Part shown: positions 39,081 to 47,605 of the stretch, piece by piece | Numbering within the stretch: the stretch's first letter is position 1 | How the letters are laid out: each line of letters starts with the position of its first letter | DNA from: an uncultured Candidatus Saccharibacteria bacterium | GTDB lineage: Bacteria; Patescibacteriota; UBA1384; XYA2-FULL-43-10; 1-14-0-10-43-13 | Assembly (NCBI GenBank): GCA_964364265.1 | Contig: CAYILA010000001.1 | Location: 6,808-70,807 of the forward strand | Direction of reading: 5' to 3' | Length of the DNA stretch: 64,000 nt | Translations under genes and position numbers: made by a program | The notes under the pieces: generated by a model | Database searches by the model: none | What the model was told of the DNA's origin: nothing | Seen by the model: the letters and a program-made list of their open reading frames with translations, nothing else

Positions 39081-39404
39081 TTATAGCCGGGATATATACA
39101 TAATTTCCAGAATGAGGATCAGAAACGCCAAGAAAATGTTGGCCGAGAAAAAGAGGTAGCTGATTTTCTTCTCTTTGTCGAAAGAGGAAACACCGAGGAT
39201 AAAATTGACGACATAGACGATTAATAGGAATTTAATCGGTGAAACCGGAATAATCCAATTACTTTGGGTTTCCATCCATCTTATTTTCATAATCCAAATC
39301 AGATAATCAAGACCAAAAACCGCGATTGAGGCGACCAGCAAATAGAGATCGATATGATCGAAAACCAAGGCGTTTTTCAATAAATTTAATAATGATTTCA
39401 TATT
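39081..39404 (-). CDS. small membrane protein (3 TM)
   Basis: The ORF is trimmed to start at MKSLLNLL so that it does not overlap tRNA-Gln. Confidence 0.35.
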   Translation of the reverse strand, partial: NMKSLLNLLKNALVFDHIDLYLLVASIAVFGLDYLIWIMKIRWMETQSNWIIPVSPIKFLLIVYVVNFILGVSSFDKEKKISYLFFSANIFLAFLILILEIMYISRL

Positions 39405-39407
39405 TTG

Positions 39408-39482
39408 TGGTTCCGAGGCATGGACTCGAACCATGATTCACGGCTTCAAAGGCCGCTGTCCTGCCATTAGACGACCTCGGAA
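39408..39482 (-). tRNA. tRNA-Gln (anticodon TTG)
   Basis: The reverse complement tccgagg tc gtc taatggcagga cag c ggcct TTTGaag ccgtg aatca tggttcgagtccatg cctcgga a cca folds as a cloverleaf. The anticodon is TTG. Confidence 0.8.
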
Positions 39483-39581
39483 TACTTATATTACTCTACT
39501 ATATTTAAGCTCGTTTATCAATCGGAAGAGGGGAAAAATTGAATTATCGAGCTCAAAATGATATAGTATTTAAGGTCATAC

Positions 39582-39777
39582 GCAGGTGTGGTTTAGCGGT
39601 AAAATGCGTCCTTCTTTCACCCTCCGTAGCGGTTCCAAGGGCGAGTGTAGTTTAGTGGCAGAATGCGACCTTCCCAAGGTTGAGGCGGGAGTTCGATTCT
39701 CCTCACTCGCTCCAGAATTGCTACTGCGGAGGACGGGCAAGGATGAGTCGCGGGTTCGATTCCCGTTACCTGCTCCA
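39582..39777 (+). tRNA. split/interrupted Gly-family tRNA-like gene whose halves (39582-39611 and 39741-39777) bracket tRNA-Gly(CCC)
   Basis: The 5' half reads gcaggtg tg gttt agcggtaa aaat g cgtcc. The 3' half reads ggatg agtc gcggg ttcgatt cccgt tacctgc t cca, with ggacg as an alternative stem start. The acceptor stem pairs at 7/7, and cgtcc pairs with ggatg or ggacg. The T-loop is canonical, and CCA is encoded. Confidence 0.4.
39641..39714 (+). tRNA. tRNA-Gly (anticodon CCC)
   Basis: gcgagtg ta gttt agtggca gaat g cgacc ttCCCaa ggttg aggc gggag ttcgatt ctcct cactcgc t cca, with a 4-nt variable loop. Confidence 0.85.
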
Positions 39778-39778
39778 T

Positions 39779-39854
39779 GCCAATGTAGCTCAGTTGGTAG
39801 AGCGGCACTTTCGTAAAGTGAAGGTCGTGGGTTCGAATCCCGCCATTGGCTCCA
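39779..39854 (+). tRNA. tRNA-Thr (anticodon CGT)
   Basis: gccaatg ta gctc agttggta gagc g gcact ttCGTaa agtga aggtc gtggg ttcgaat cccgc cattggc t cca. Confidence 0.85.
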
Positions 39855-39873
39855 TATTTAAATAAATGACCGG

Positions 39874-40230
39874 TCAGCCGGTCTTTCTTGTTTTAATCCA
39901 GTTAATTAAATCGAAGGATATTATTAAAACAATCAAAGGGAAAACAACAATAATTAATTTATTATAATTGTAGGCGTCAACCATATTTCCGTGCATTACT
40001 GCCGAAACGGCGTGGGTGATGCCGCAGCCGGGACAGTTGTAGCGCTGGCCGAAAAGAAGGGGGAAAATAAAATTTTTAAAGATACAAATACCGCCAACCG
40101 GCCCCAATTTTTCAGTCGGCAATATCGTAAGAATAATTAGAAAGAAAGAAAAAACAACCACCCTGGCCCGGGATGAGCCCAGGGTGATCGCATCTCTCGT
40201 AAAAGAAAATAATTCTTTTCTTATTCCCAT
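39874..40230 (-). CDS. DUF2752-like membrane protein (CPGCG motif)
   Basis: CPGCGITHA matches the CPxCGxTR motif of DUF2752, flanked by TMs. Confidence 0.55.
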   Translation of the reverse strand: MGIRKELFSFTRDAITLGSSRARVVVFSFFLIILTILPTEKLGPVGGICIFKNFIFPLLFGQRYNCPGCGITHAVSAVMHGNMVDAYNYNKLIIVVFPLIVLIISFDLINWIKTRKTG

Positions 40231-40481
40231 TCAATGCCGGGGAACGGCTTTTTCATGGCGATTAAAATAACATCAACCAGCCACCAGATACCGCAGCCGC
40301 CGCCCGTTACTAACTTTAGTATTCCAAGTCCGACCTGACCCATCATAAATCTATCCACTCCCAATTGACCAAAGAAGATGGACAAGATCAAAGTCAATGT
40401 CCAGTTCAGTTTTCTGGTTCCCGAAGCCGGGGCCGCCGCTACTGCCGGAGCTTTTTCCGGCGTTGGTGTCTCTTCTGCCAT
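40221..40481 (-). CDS. TM2 domain-containing protein
   Basis: GQLGVDRFMMGQVGLGILKLVTGGGCGIWWLVDVI matches the TM2-domain pattern Gx3GxHRFYLGx..GxxQL.T.GG.GIWxLxD. Confidence 0.7.
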   Translation of the reverse strand: MAEETPTPEKAPAVAAAPASGTRKLNWTLTLILSIFFGQLGVDRFMMGQVGLGILKLVTGGGCGIWWLVDVILIAMKKPFPGIEWE

Positions 40482-40668
40482 AATTCCTCCCTATAAATTA
40501 TTAACTTCATTTTACACCCGAATAATACGAATGTAAAAGTCATTATTTGAAAAATATTAAACTTGTAAACATTGCGTATTTTTCTTTTGTTGATAGAATG
40601 GGGCTGATCAGTATCGCGATGCGATGGTTTTGGTTTGCGGTCTATTAAACGGTCGGGAAAGAGGTAGC

Positions 40669-41136
40669 ATGGCAAAAAAATGCAATTGCAAGGAATTGAA
40701 AAAATCCGATTGGGACGAGAAAGAATTTATTTGGAAGAACAAGGTCTTTTATAAGACCAAATATAAAGAGTTTATGCATATACCACTGAACTTCGGCAAA
40801 GTTATAACGAAAGCATTTAAAGAAATCGAAAAGAATAAAATCGAAACCGACGGTTTTACTCTTTCGGGCGAGGAAAATGTCTTTTCGTCATCTTTGATGA
40901 TTCCGTTAAAAACCAAAAGTGATAAACTGCCGACCGAGACTATGTCTGGAAGTTTTATGACCAAACTTTTCGAGGGTCAGTACAAAGATGCCGGGGATTG
41001 GGCTAAAGAGATGACCAACTATGTCCATGGCAAACAAAAAGAAGTGGCTAAGTTGTGGTTTTGGTACGCGATTTGCCCAAAATGCGCCAAAAAAATGGGC
41101 AAAGTCCAAACCGTCATATTTGCGGAAACAAAATGA
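40669..41136 (+). CDS. hypothetical protein with CxC ... CPKC zinc-ribbon-like cysteines
   Basis: MAKKCNCKEL...AICPKCAKKMG. No family recognised. The longer ORF from 40624 is probably a 5' over-extension. Confidence 0.4.
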   Translation: MAKKCNCKELKKSDWDEKEFIWKNKVFYKTKYKEFMHIPLNFGKVITKAFKEIEKNKIETDGFTLSGEENVFSSSLMIPLKTKSDKLPTETMSGSFMTKLFEGQYKDAGDWAKEMTNYVHGKQKEVAKLWFWYAICPKCAKKMGKVQTVIFAETK

Positions 41137-41300
41137 TGAAATATACAATTTAACGCAATCTTTTTTCAGCCAAAAATGTTGGCTTTTTTCGTTTTGTCAA
41201 AGTTATTCCGATGTCTTGATCAGAAATGATTTATCTCTAAATCACTTCGACTATGACATGTAGCGAACGATGGTGAGTGCTTGGTGAAAGGAGAGGTAAA

Positions 41301-41711
41301 ATGCGAATCAAGGCAGTAGTTGATTCGTATCAGACCGTAGTCGAGCTACGGCATGTGATTGCAAACTGCGCTTCTCCCGAAGTTTCCGGAGATATGAAAC
41401 TGGTGGCAGCCGAGCTGCTCAACGATGTCAAAGATTACAATCAAGGAACAAGCCGCGGAGTTGTAATCGAGGCGCAATTATATGAGCTGGTAATCGCGGG
41501 AGTGTGTTATCGGCGATACTACCAATGTATCAAGGATCACATCAAAAACGCGACACCTTTAGGCACCGTTGAGATCGCGGCTCGATCGGAGTTCGAATTC
41601 CTGCACCAGGGTATGCGAATTGTCGGGAAGCTGGGAGATGTTAAACTGTGCCCGGTCGGAATAATCCGGGTCACATTTCCAAAGACTGTTCCTTCGGGAG
41701 CAGTTGTATGA
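41301..41711 (+). CDS. hypothetical protein (GC-rich gene with strong AAAGGAGAGG SD)
   Basis: RBS AAAGGAGAGGTAAA then ATG. Its GC content is clearly above that of neighbours, and a GC-rich terminator follows. Confidence 0.5.
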   Translation: MRIKAVVDSYQTVVELRHVIANCASPEVSGDMKLVAAELLNDVKDYNQGTSRGVVIEAQLYELVIAGVCYRRYYQCIKDHIKNATPLGTVEIAARSEFEFLHQGMRIVGKLGDVKLCPVGIIRVTFPKTVPSGAVV

Positions 41712-41720
41712 AAGGGGGTG

Positions 41721-41764
41721 TACACCCGCGCGGCCGGACTATAAGTCGCGCGGGTACTCTTTTG
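41721..41764 (+). terminator. intrinsic terminator: stem acccgcgcg / cgcgcgggt with a 14-nt loop, then a T-rich stretch
   Basis: A perfect 9-bp inverted repeat followed by actcttttg. Confidence 0.55.
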
Positions 41765-41807
41765 CAGAGCATTATGATAAAATGAAACAAAAGATAAAAA
41801 AGGAGGA

Positions 41808-41960
41808 AAATGTTGATTGGAGTACTATTATTACTGATTGGAGCGCTTCTTCTGCTTCAGAATCTCGGCTACATTACCGGAGATATTTGGAGTTACTTCT
41901 GGCCGGTTCTATTGATTTTGATTGGCCTAAGCATGATGGTTAAAACATCTAGGAGAAAAT
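41808..41960 (+). CDS. small membrane protein (LiaF-N-terminal/DUF5668-like)
   Basis: MLIGVLLLLIGALLLLQNLGYITGDIWSYFWPVLLILIGLSMMVK. It is preferred over the overlapping 79-aa ORF 41704..41943. Confidence 0.45.
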
Positions 41961-42858
41961 GAGACAGTTCTTCGCGATAATCTTCATAATCGGTTTCCTG
42001 CTCGCCGCAGTGCCGCTGTTGATGTTGACCAATATGAGAATGACAATATTGTCGGCCGATAAAGTTAAAACATTGCTTTTTGACAGCAATGTTTATGAAT
42101 TTATGGGCGCCGGGCTTCGGGAAACGATTGTTTCGGAAGCGAACACCGGCGTGGAAAACGGCCAGTTCATGGAGATATTAAATGAATCGCTCGATACGGA
42201 AACACTGCGAAAAGTAACCGAAGATTCAGTCGATCAGATTTTTGCCTTGGCTAAAAATCCCAACGCAGAACCGAAAATTACCATAACAACGAGTCAGCTT
42301 GAGGAGAGAATCAGAGAGGTGATTAAAGAGAAGGACTACGGCTCCGATATTAAACTTCTCAATGAAAGCGGCGAGGTTACTTCGACCTTGGGAAGCACTC
42401 CTTTTGGCGGCGATCAGGTTTATTCAATCAATCAATTTCCGGTTGCCGGCGCGCTGGTCCGATTTACTCAAGGCCTCCTGATTTCCGGCATATCGACAAT
42501 CGTTCTGCTTTTAATCATCTTTCTTGTCTCGTCCGGTTCAATGGGAGCAAGATTTAAGTGGCTCGGCGGTACATTCCTCGTTTTAGGTATTGCAATGCTG
42601 GGTCTGGCATACGCGAATATTTACCTTCTGCCCGGCCAATTTGGGAATATTGTCAACCGGTTTGAGCTTCGCGATCCTCGTTTCATTGCCGGAGCGACCA
42701 AGTTTGTGACCAATTTAACCGCCACCCAAAAAATTCCGTTGATTGTTGAGACGATTGCCAGTCTGGTTTTAGGAATCTTACTTATCATAATCGGCTCAAC
42801 TTTTAAACAGGAAAAAATCGAAATTGCGCCGCCGAAAAAAGTTCAACAGACCGCTTAA
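41959..42858 (+). CDS. hypothetical membrane protein (N-terminal TM, 3-4 C-terminal TMs)
   Basis: Hydrophobic segments at both ends. The start overlaps the previous stop (ATGA). Confidence 0.5.
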   Translation: MRQFFAIIFIIGFLLAAVPLLMLTNMRMTILSADKVKTLLFDSNVYEFMGAGLRETIVSEANTGVENGQFMEILNESLDTETLRKVTEDSVDQIFALAKNPNAEPKITITTSQLEERIREVIKEKDYGSDIKLLNESGEVTSTLGSTPFGGDQVYSINQFPVAGALVRFTQGLLISGISTIVLLLIIFLVSSGSMGARFKWLGGTFLVLGIAMLGLAYANIYLLPGQFGNIVNRFELRDPRFIAGATKFVTNLTATQKIPLIVETIASLVLGILLIIIGSTFKQEKIEIAPPKKVQQTA

Positions 42859-42885
42859 TTGGAGAACGAAACCGACTGAATCAAA

Positions 42886-42918
42886 CCGTTCTTATAAATC
42901 CAGAAGAGCGGTTTTTTT
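42886..42918 (+). terminator. intrinsic terminator: stem ccgttctt / aagagcgg plus a T7 run
   Basis: Seen directly downstream of the 41959..42858 gene. Confidence 0.6.
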
Positions 42919-42992
42919 GGTGCAGTGCTGTACATTTATCAATTTTAGTTGTATGGTGCAGCCACGTATTTCATTGGAAGGGGGACATAGAG

Positions 42993-43400
42993 ATGGATGT
43001 TTATTGCATCCAGAACATACCGGGCGAATACTGGTATGTTCGGCTCAGGTTTATTACCTCGTCCGACACGCCGGGGTTTTGGCGGTGCGTCCGACCGCGT
43101 AATAATCCGAAGATTGTCGCTCCGAACTGGAGCGAGTTCTATCTTCGGGAGTTGAAACATGGAAGTAGGCCGGTTCGGATGGTGGAGCACCGTTCAAAAA
43201 GCGGCCTGGTCGTCTATCAAGTTGACAAGCCGCAGTGGAGCTTCCCGTTTATTTTCGTCAGCGACTTTAGTGCCGCTGAATGGATCACTTCCTCTTTGCG
43301 ACTTGGGTTTCAAGCCGGCCGCAGGCTGATGTACCACTCCATTAGTAACATCGTTTGCGAGGTCGTCGATAACGCCATCAAGGGTCTGAAGCCGGAATAG
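42993..43400 (+). CDS. hypothetical protein (GC-rich, strong GGAAGGGGG SD)
   Basis: RBS ggaagggggacatagag then ATG. A perfect hairpin terminator follows. Confidence 0.45.
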   Translation: MDVYCIQNIPGEYWYVRLRFITSSDTPGFWRCVRPRNNPKIVAPNWSEFYLRELKHGSRPVRMVEHRSKSGLVVYQVDKPQWSFPFIFVSDFSAAEWITSSLRLGFQAGRRLMYHSISNIVCEVVDNAIKGLKPE

Positions 43401-43425
43401 AGGGGATGATTGAAGCGCACAATTC

Positions 43426-43451
43426 GGGCGCCCCGATGTTTCGGGGCGCCC
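43426..43451 (+). terminator. perfect GC-rich hairpin gggcgccccga-tgtt-tcggggcgccc
   Basis: An 11-bp perfect stem. The T-run is weak. Confidence 0.45.
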
Positions 43452-43535
43452 CTTGCGACTTACATTGAAAGGTTTATGAGGTATTAATAATTTGTTATAA
43501 TGGCTATGACATTATAAAAATAGTAAGGGAAAGAG

Positions 43536-46500
43536 ATGAAAAAAATTGCTGCGGTTTTTTTGTTGCTATTTTCGTTGTTAATGTCTTCGATTTCGGTTTT
43601 AGCCAACGACTGGCCGGTTGAGCAAAGTAACACGACTCGCAACGCCTACCTCGGCGATTTTCCGGTTTCCTCTGACCTCTCGGTCCAATGGACAAAAAAC
43701 GCTGAACTAAATAATTTTCAACTGCCGGTCTATTCAAACGGCATTATTTATTTTTCTGAAGAAGGCCACTATATTTCCGGCCCGAAACTTTCTTATGTTT
43801 ATGCCGTGGAAAAATCCTCCGGCCGCGAAATTTGGCGAAAAACTTTTCCTGAATATCTAAAATCCGATATTTACGCTGGAGACGGAAAGGTTATCGTGCC
43901 CGGGGAAACTTTGAAATGTCTCGATGGCGCAACCGGCACCACAATCTGGGAGAAATCGGCATCAACCGCTGGCTATTATTTTGTCGAACCAATGATCGTC
44001 GGCGACAAATTAATAGCGATATATCGCGGGAAATATGGCGGCGGGTCAATCATTGGTTATAATCTGTCTAATGGTGTTGAACTCTGGAGAACAGTCCCAT
44101 TGATATTTTCAAATGGTAGAATTCTTTCAGTTTATAACGGAAACATCTTGGCCACTGTTTCGACTTCTTACAACGAAACAGAAGTTAGTAGCTTTAGTTC
44201 AGAAACTGGTGCGAAAAATTGGACGTATGTAAGGGGTTTCAATCCAAACGGGCCGGTGATTGTCGACGAAGTAAATGGGATCGGATTTTTATCTTCTATC
44301 GTAAATATCACCACGGCGATTGATCTAAATACCGGTCTGAAAAGGTATGAGTACCCGGCGATGGGGACGTATAACACGACCTCGGTTATTAAAAATAGAA
44401 CGGCCCATTGGCTGTCGATAATTTCAAGCCAAACATATTTTAATAGTTGCGGTTTGATTGATAAGGTTTGTAGTCAGAAACAAATCGATACCCGCCAAAA
44501 TTATTTGACCGGTATTGAACCGTTGATGATCGGGAACGATTATTATTATTTGACTAATACCGGCAAACTAAAGCGGTATAATGTGGCCGGCGGGATGGGG
44601 GATTCGTATTCGGTTGATCCGACCCGGACCAATTTGCAGTACCTCTTGTATTTTGAGGGAATGTTTGTGGCGATGGATTATTACAAAACCAAGATGTATG
44701 TCTTGGGGAGTGGCGCTGAGCCGATTGATGCCAGTTCGGTGGTGGAACTCGATTCTCCTTATAAAACAGATGGAGTGTATGGAAGTTATCTTGGTCAGCT
44801 GCATTCCCACTACATTCCCGATGTTGCGCTTTGGTCAAAAATATTCAACGGCGATCCGACCCCGGCCTTTACGGAACAGAAATACAAAGATGCCGGGTAC
44901 GATTTTGTCGCTCTGACGGAACACAATATGATTATACCGGATCCGGGGGTCGGCGGGATTTTGCATATTGTGAATAGTGAAGAAGATACCCAAGATCCTG
45001 GCGGAAACCATATTTTGGCGATTGGGGTTAATTCACCGATCGATGAGGCCATGAGCGAACAGGATAGAATTAATGCGGTGGCGAATCAAGGCGGTGTGCC
45101 GATTCTAGCCCATCCGAACTCAGCGATATATCCGTGGTCACAAAAAACATTATTTTCCTTAAATAATTACAATATACTAGAAATAAAAAACGGGGTCACT
45201 CAAAGATTAGATTATTTGCATTATCTGGGATCTAGCCTATCAACTGATAAATGGGATAATTTACTTGGTAGTTCAAGAAAAATTTTGGGGACAGCCGGAG
45301 ACGATTATACTCCTGGCGATGCAGGTTTTGACAATGCGTCTGTTGTTGTCTTTTCAAAAACCAATTCCCAGAGTGATATTTTGCAAAATTTAAAAGACGG
45401 TAATTTTTATGCCCTTCAGGGTTCAAGCGCCCCTAAAATTAATATTCAAACATCCGGTAACAAAATTACTATAAGTTCTGACCGACAAAGCAACATTCGC
45501 TTTATTAGCCGGGGAAAAACAATTCAAGAAAACAGGAACACCGCCTCGGCAACATATACGGCGAACGGGAGTGAAATTTATATTCGCGCCGAGGTGGAAA
45601 GCGGCGGCAAAAGATCTTGGAGTCAGCCGATCTTTGTCAACTTAAAACAGGTAGCCAAAACGCCGTTCCCCGGCGGTTACAAAATTTCATTCGCCGGAGG
45701 AACTTTGACCAGTAAAAATACCAGTCCCGTTGAAATTTCGACTTTATCCCAAAACCAATATCCGAGCAATTCTCCTCAACTTGGGTACTTGAGCCAAATT
45801 TATTCGCTCCTTTCGCAAAGCCAGCCAAGTGATGGGACCAAATTGACATTGAGCTACGACGGTAGAACGATACTGACGAATGAGAACAACTTATCTATCT
45901 ATAATTACAATTCCGGAAATTCGGCATGGGAAAAAGTCCCAAGTATCATTGATAAGACGAAAAAAACGGTCTCGGCATTTCTCTCCCATTTCTCACTCTA
46001 CACTTTGAGCGCCGAAGAACCGGAGGATTTGGAAAAACCGACAATCAATTTGACATCACCAATAGATATGAATGATTTATCCGGAAGCATTACTCTTGAA
46101 GCAAGCGCGGCCGACAACAACGCCGTCATAAAAACCGGTTTTTACGCCGATGACAGATTGATCGGCGAAGACACGGATCCGACTGACGGTTGGAGTGGAG
46201 CGTTGGATGTCAACAGCTTAAAAAACGGCGAGCACAAGATCATTGTTACAGCCGAGGATTTAAGCGGCAATGTCGGCGAGGCGGAGTATCTGTTCACCGT
46301 CACTTCTTCCACTTTTTTGCAACCTACTATTCTACTGTTCGAGCCACTCGAGAACTCCGAGCTTTGGGAACTATCCGATGTGTCTGGCGGTTTTAACTCG
46401 AATTTACCGGTTTCCGATATTTCGATTTTACTTGACGGATATGTTGTTGCCGAGGCGGAGATTTCCGGCGGTAATTTCTCCAAGGAGATAAATTGGCAGG

Positions 46501-47075
46501 ATTACAGGGAAGGGGAACATGAATTAAAAGTGGTTTTGGTTGATGAAGAAGGAAATATAGCCGAAACTGCGAGGACTGTAAATATTAGCGATGTTCCAAG
46601 AGTCGAAATAATCTCGCCGGATAAAGAGCAATATTTAGAATCTGATCAAATTGAGTTTTCGTACAACTCGAACAATGAAAATGTTGTGGCTGAATTGGAC
46701 GGGAATATTATTGAGAATGGTATTCATAAATTTGGTTATGAAATAGGACTTGGCAAACACACCTACATTTTGGAGTATAAAGCTAGAATATTGGCGCAAA
46801 AAGAATTTGAAGTTTATACTAATTTTTTCGATGTTCGAAATCTGATCACGATGTTTTACCAGGAAGGTGATTTTTCAAACAATGGGATTTACATTGCTAC
46901 CCTTTCTCAACTAAAAACCGCAGAGTCTGCGGACGCATCGGGCAAAGAAAGCTTGAGCGATTCACTGCTACAGCTATTGATTAAATTCATCGCAATTCAA
47001 AACAGTGTTGGCCATCTGAGTGATTTTGCAGAAGAGATATTAATTAATTCTTTAAATTATTTAACTAACATTTAA
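43536..47075 (+). CDS. 1179-aa secreted multidomain protein: PQQ-like beta-propeller repeats, PHP-like phosphoesterase segment and Ig-like/cadherin-like domains
   Basis: A signal peptide. Repeated WEKS/WRKT/ELWRT...G motifs are typical of PQQ propellers. LHSHYIPD ... ALTEHNMI ... ILAHPN resemble PHP-domain metal-binding motifs. C-terminal beta-sandwich repeats follow. A TGTTATAAT promoter-like element lies upstream. Confidence 0.55.
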   Translation: MKKIAAVFLLLFSLLMSSISVLANDWPVEQSNTTRNAYLGDFPVSSDLSVQWTKNAELNNFQLPVYSNGIIYFSEEGHYISGPKLSYVYAVEKSSGREIWRKTFPEYLKSDIYAGDGKVIVPGETLKCLDGATGTTIWEKSASTAGYYFVEPMIVGDKLIAIYRGKYGGGSIIGYNLSNGVELWRTVPLIFSNGRILSVYNGNILATVSTSYNETEVSSFSSETGAKNWTYVRGFNPNGPVIVDEVNGIGFLSSIVNITTAIDLNTGLKRYEYPAMGTYNTTSVIKNRTAHWLSIISSQTYFNSCGLIDKVCSQKQIDTRQNYLTGIEPLMIGNDYYYLTNTGKLKRYNVAGGMGDSYSVDPTRTNLQYLLYFEGMFVAMDYYKTKMYVLGSGAEPIDASSVVELDSPYKTDGVYGSYLGQLHSHYIPDVALWSKIFNGDPTPAFTEQKYKDAGYDFVALTEHNMIIPDPGVGGILHIVNSEEDTQDPGGNHILAIGVNSPIDEAMSEQDRINAVANQGGVPILAHPNSAIYPWSQKTLFSLNNYNILEIKNGVTQRLDYLHYLGSSLSTDKWDNLLGSSRKILGTAGDDYTPGDAGFDNASVVVFSKTNSQSDILQNLKDGNFYALQGSSAPKINIQTSGNKITISSDRQSNIRFISRGKTIQENRNTASATYTANGSEIYIRAEVESGGKRSWSQPIFVNLKQVAKTPFPGGYKISFAGGTLTSKNTSPVEISTLSQNQYPSNSPQLGYLSQIYSLLSQSQPSDGTKLTLSYDGRTILTNENNLSIYNYNSGNSAWEKVPSIIDKTKKTVSAFLSHFSLYTLSAEEPEDLEKPTINLTSPIDMNDLSGSITLEASAADNNAVIKTGFYADDRLIGEDTDPTDGWSGALDVNSLKNGEHKIIVTAEDLSGNVGEAEYLFTVTSSTFLQPTILLFEPLENSELWELSDVSGGFNSNLPVSDISILLDGYVVAEAEISGGNFSKEINWQDYREGEHELKVVLVDEEGNIAETARTVNISDVPRVEIISPDKEQYLESDQIEFSYNSNNENVVAELDGNIIENGIHKFGYEIGLGKHTYILEYKARILAQKEFEVYTNFFDVRNLITMFYQEGDFSNNGIYIATLSQLKTAESADASGKESLSDSLLQLLIKFIAIQNSVGHLSDFAEEILINSLNYLTNI

Positions 47076-47359
47076 AACAAAACAAGACCGAATATTAAAT
47101 CAGTAGCTAATTTCAGAAAAATTAGCAAAGATAATAGTAGCAAAATAATGTTGGCAGGTGTTTTTCTCTCTTTAATAGCCGCCAGCGAACAGATCAGCGT
47201 AACAAATGGTAAGATAGTTAAAATTATACCAATTAAGTTTACGCTAGAACTATTGGTTACTATGAAGTAAAATACTGCCCACAAAATCAAAAACACCCAA
47301 GCTACGATGCCGTAGATGTTGCCCTTGGAACCATCAGAACTCTTTTGAATATTTGCCAT
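47072..47359 (-). CDS. small membrane protein (3 TM)
   Basis: The ORF is hydrophobic throughout. Confidence 0.4.
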   Translation of the reverse strand: MANIQKSSDGSKGNIYGIVAWVFLILWAVFYFIVTNSSSVNLIGIILTILPFVTLICSLAAIKERKTPANIILLLLSLLIFLKLATDLIFGLVLF

Positions 47360-47442
47360 TTCCCTCCTTTAATTCCACTTTGATTGTTTAAATTTTACCA
47401 CATCTTTTTGAATTAACCCACTCAATTTAAAATTAAAAAATA

Positions 47443-47484
47443 CCTTGCACAAATATGAGACGGCCGTTTCATATTTGTGCAAGG
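47443..47484. promoter_or_regulatory. 16-bp perfect inverted repeat CCTTGCACAAATATGA-N10-TCATATTTGTGCAAGG in a divergent promoter region
   Basis: Seen directly. The loop gacggccgtt is itself palindromic. Confidence 0.45.
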
Positions 47485-47605
47485 TAGGAATGGATGAGTT
47501 CTTTATTATTTGGTATAACTAAATGGTGGGGGATAATGGATATAAGACAAGAGATAAAAGTTATTGGCTAAGAAACGAAAAGATTATTATCTATAAATAA
47601 CATGA

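Noticed and set aside
39715-39777. Interpreting the 3' flank alone as an independent tRNA
   Set aside because: At 62 nt it is too short and has no D-arm or 5' acceptor strand. It only makes sense when paired with the 5' flank at 39582-39611.
42824-43190. ORFs 42824..43102 (+) and 42945..43190 (-)
   Set aside because: They overlap the terminator of the upstream gene and the better-supported 42993..43400 ORF, which has a strong RBS.
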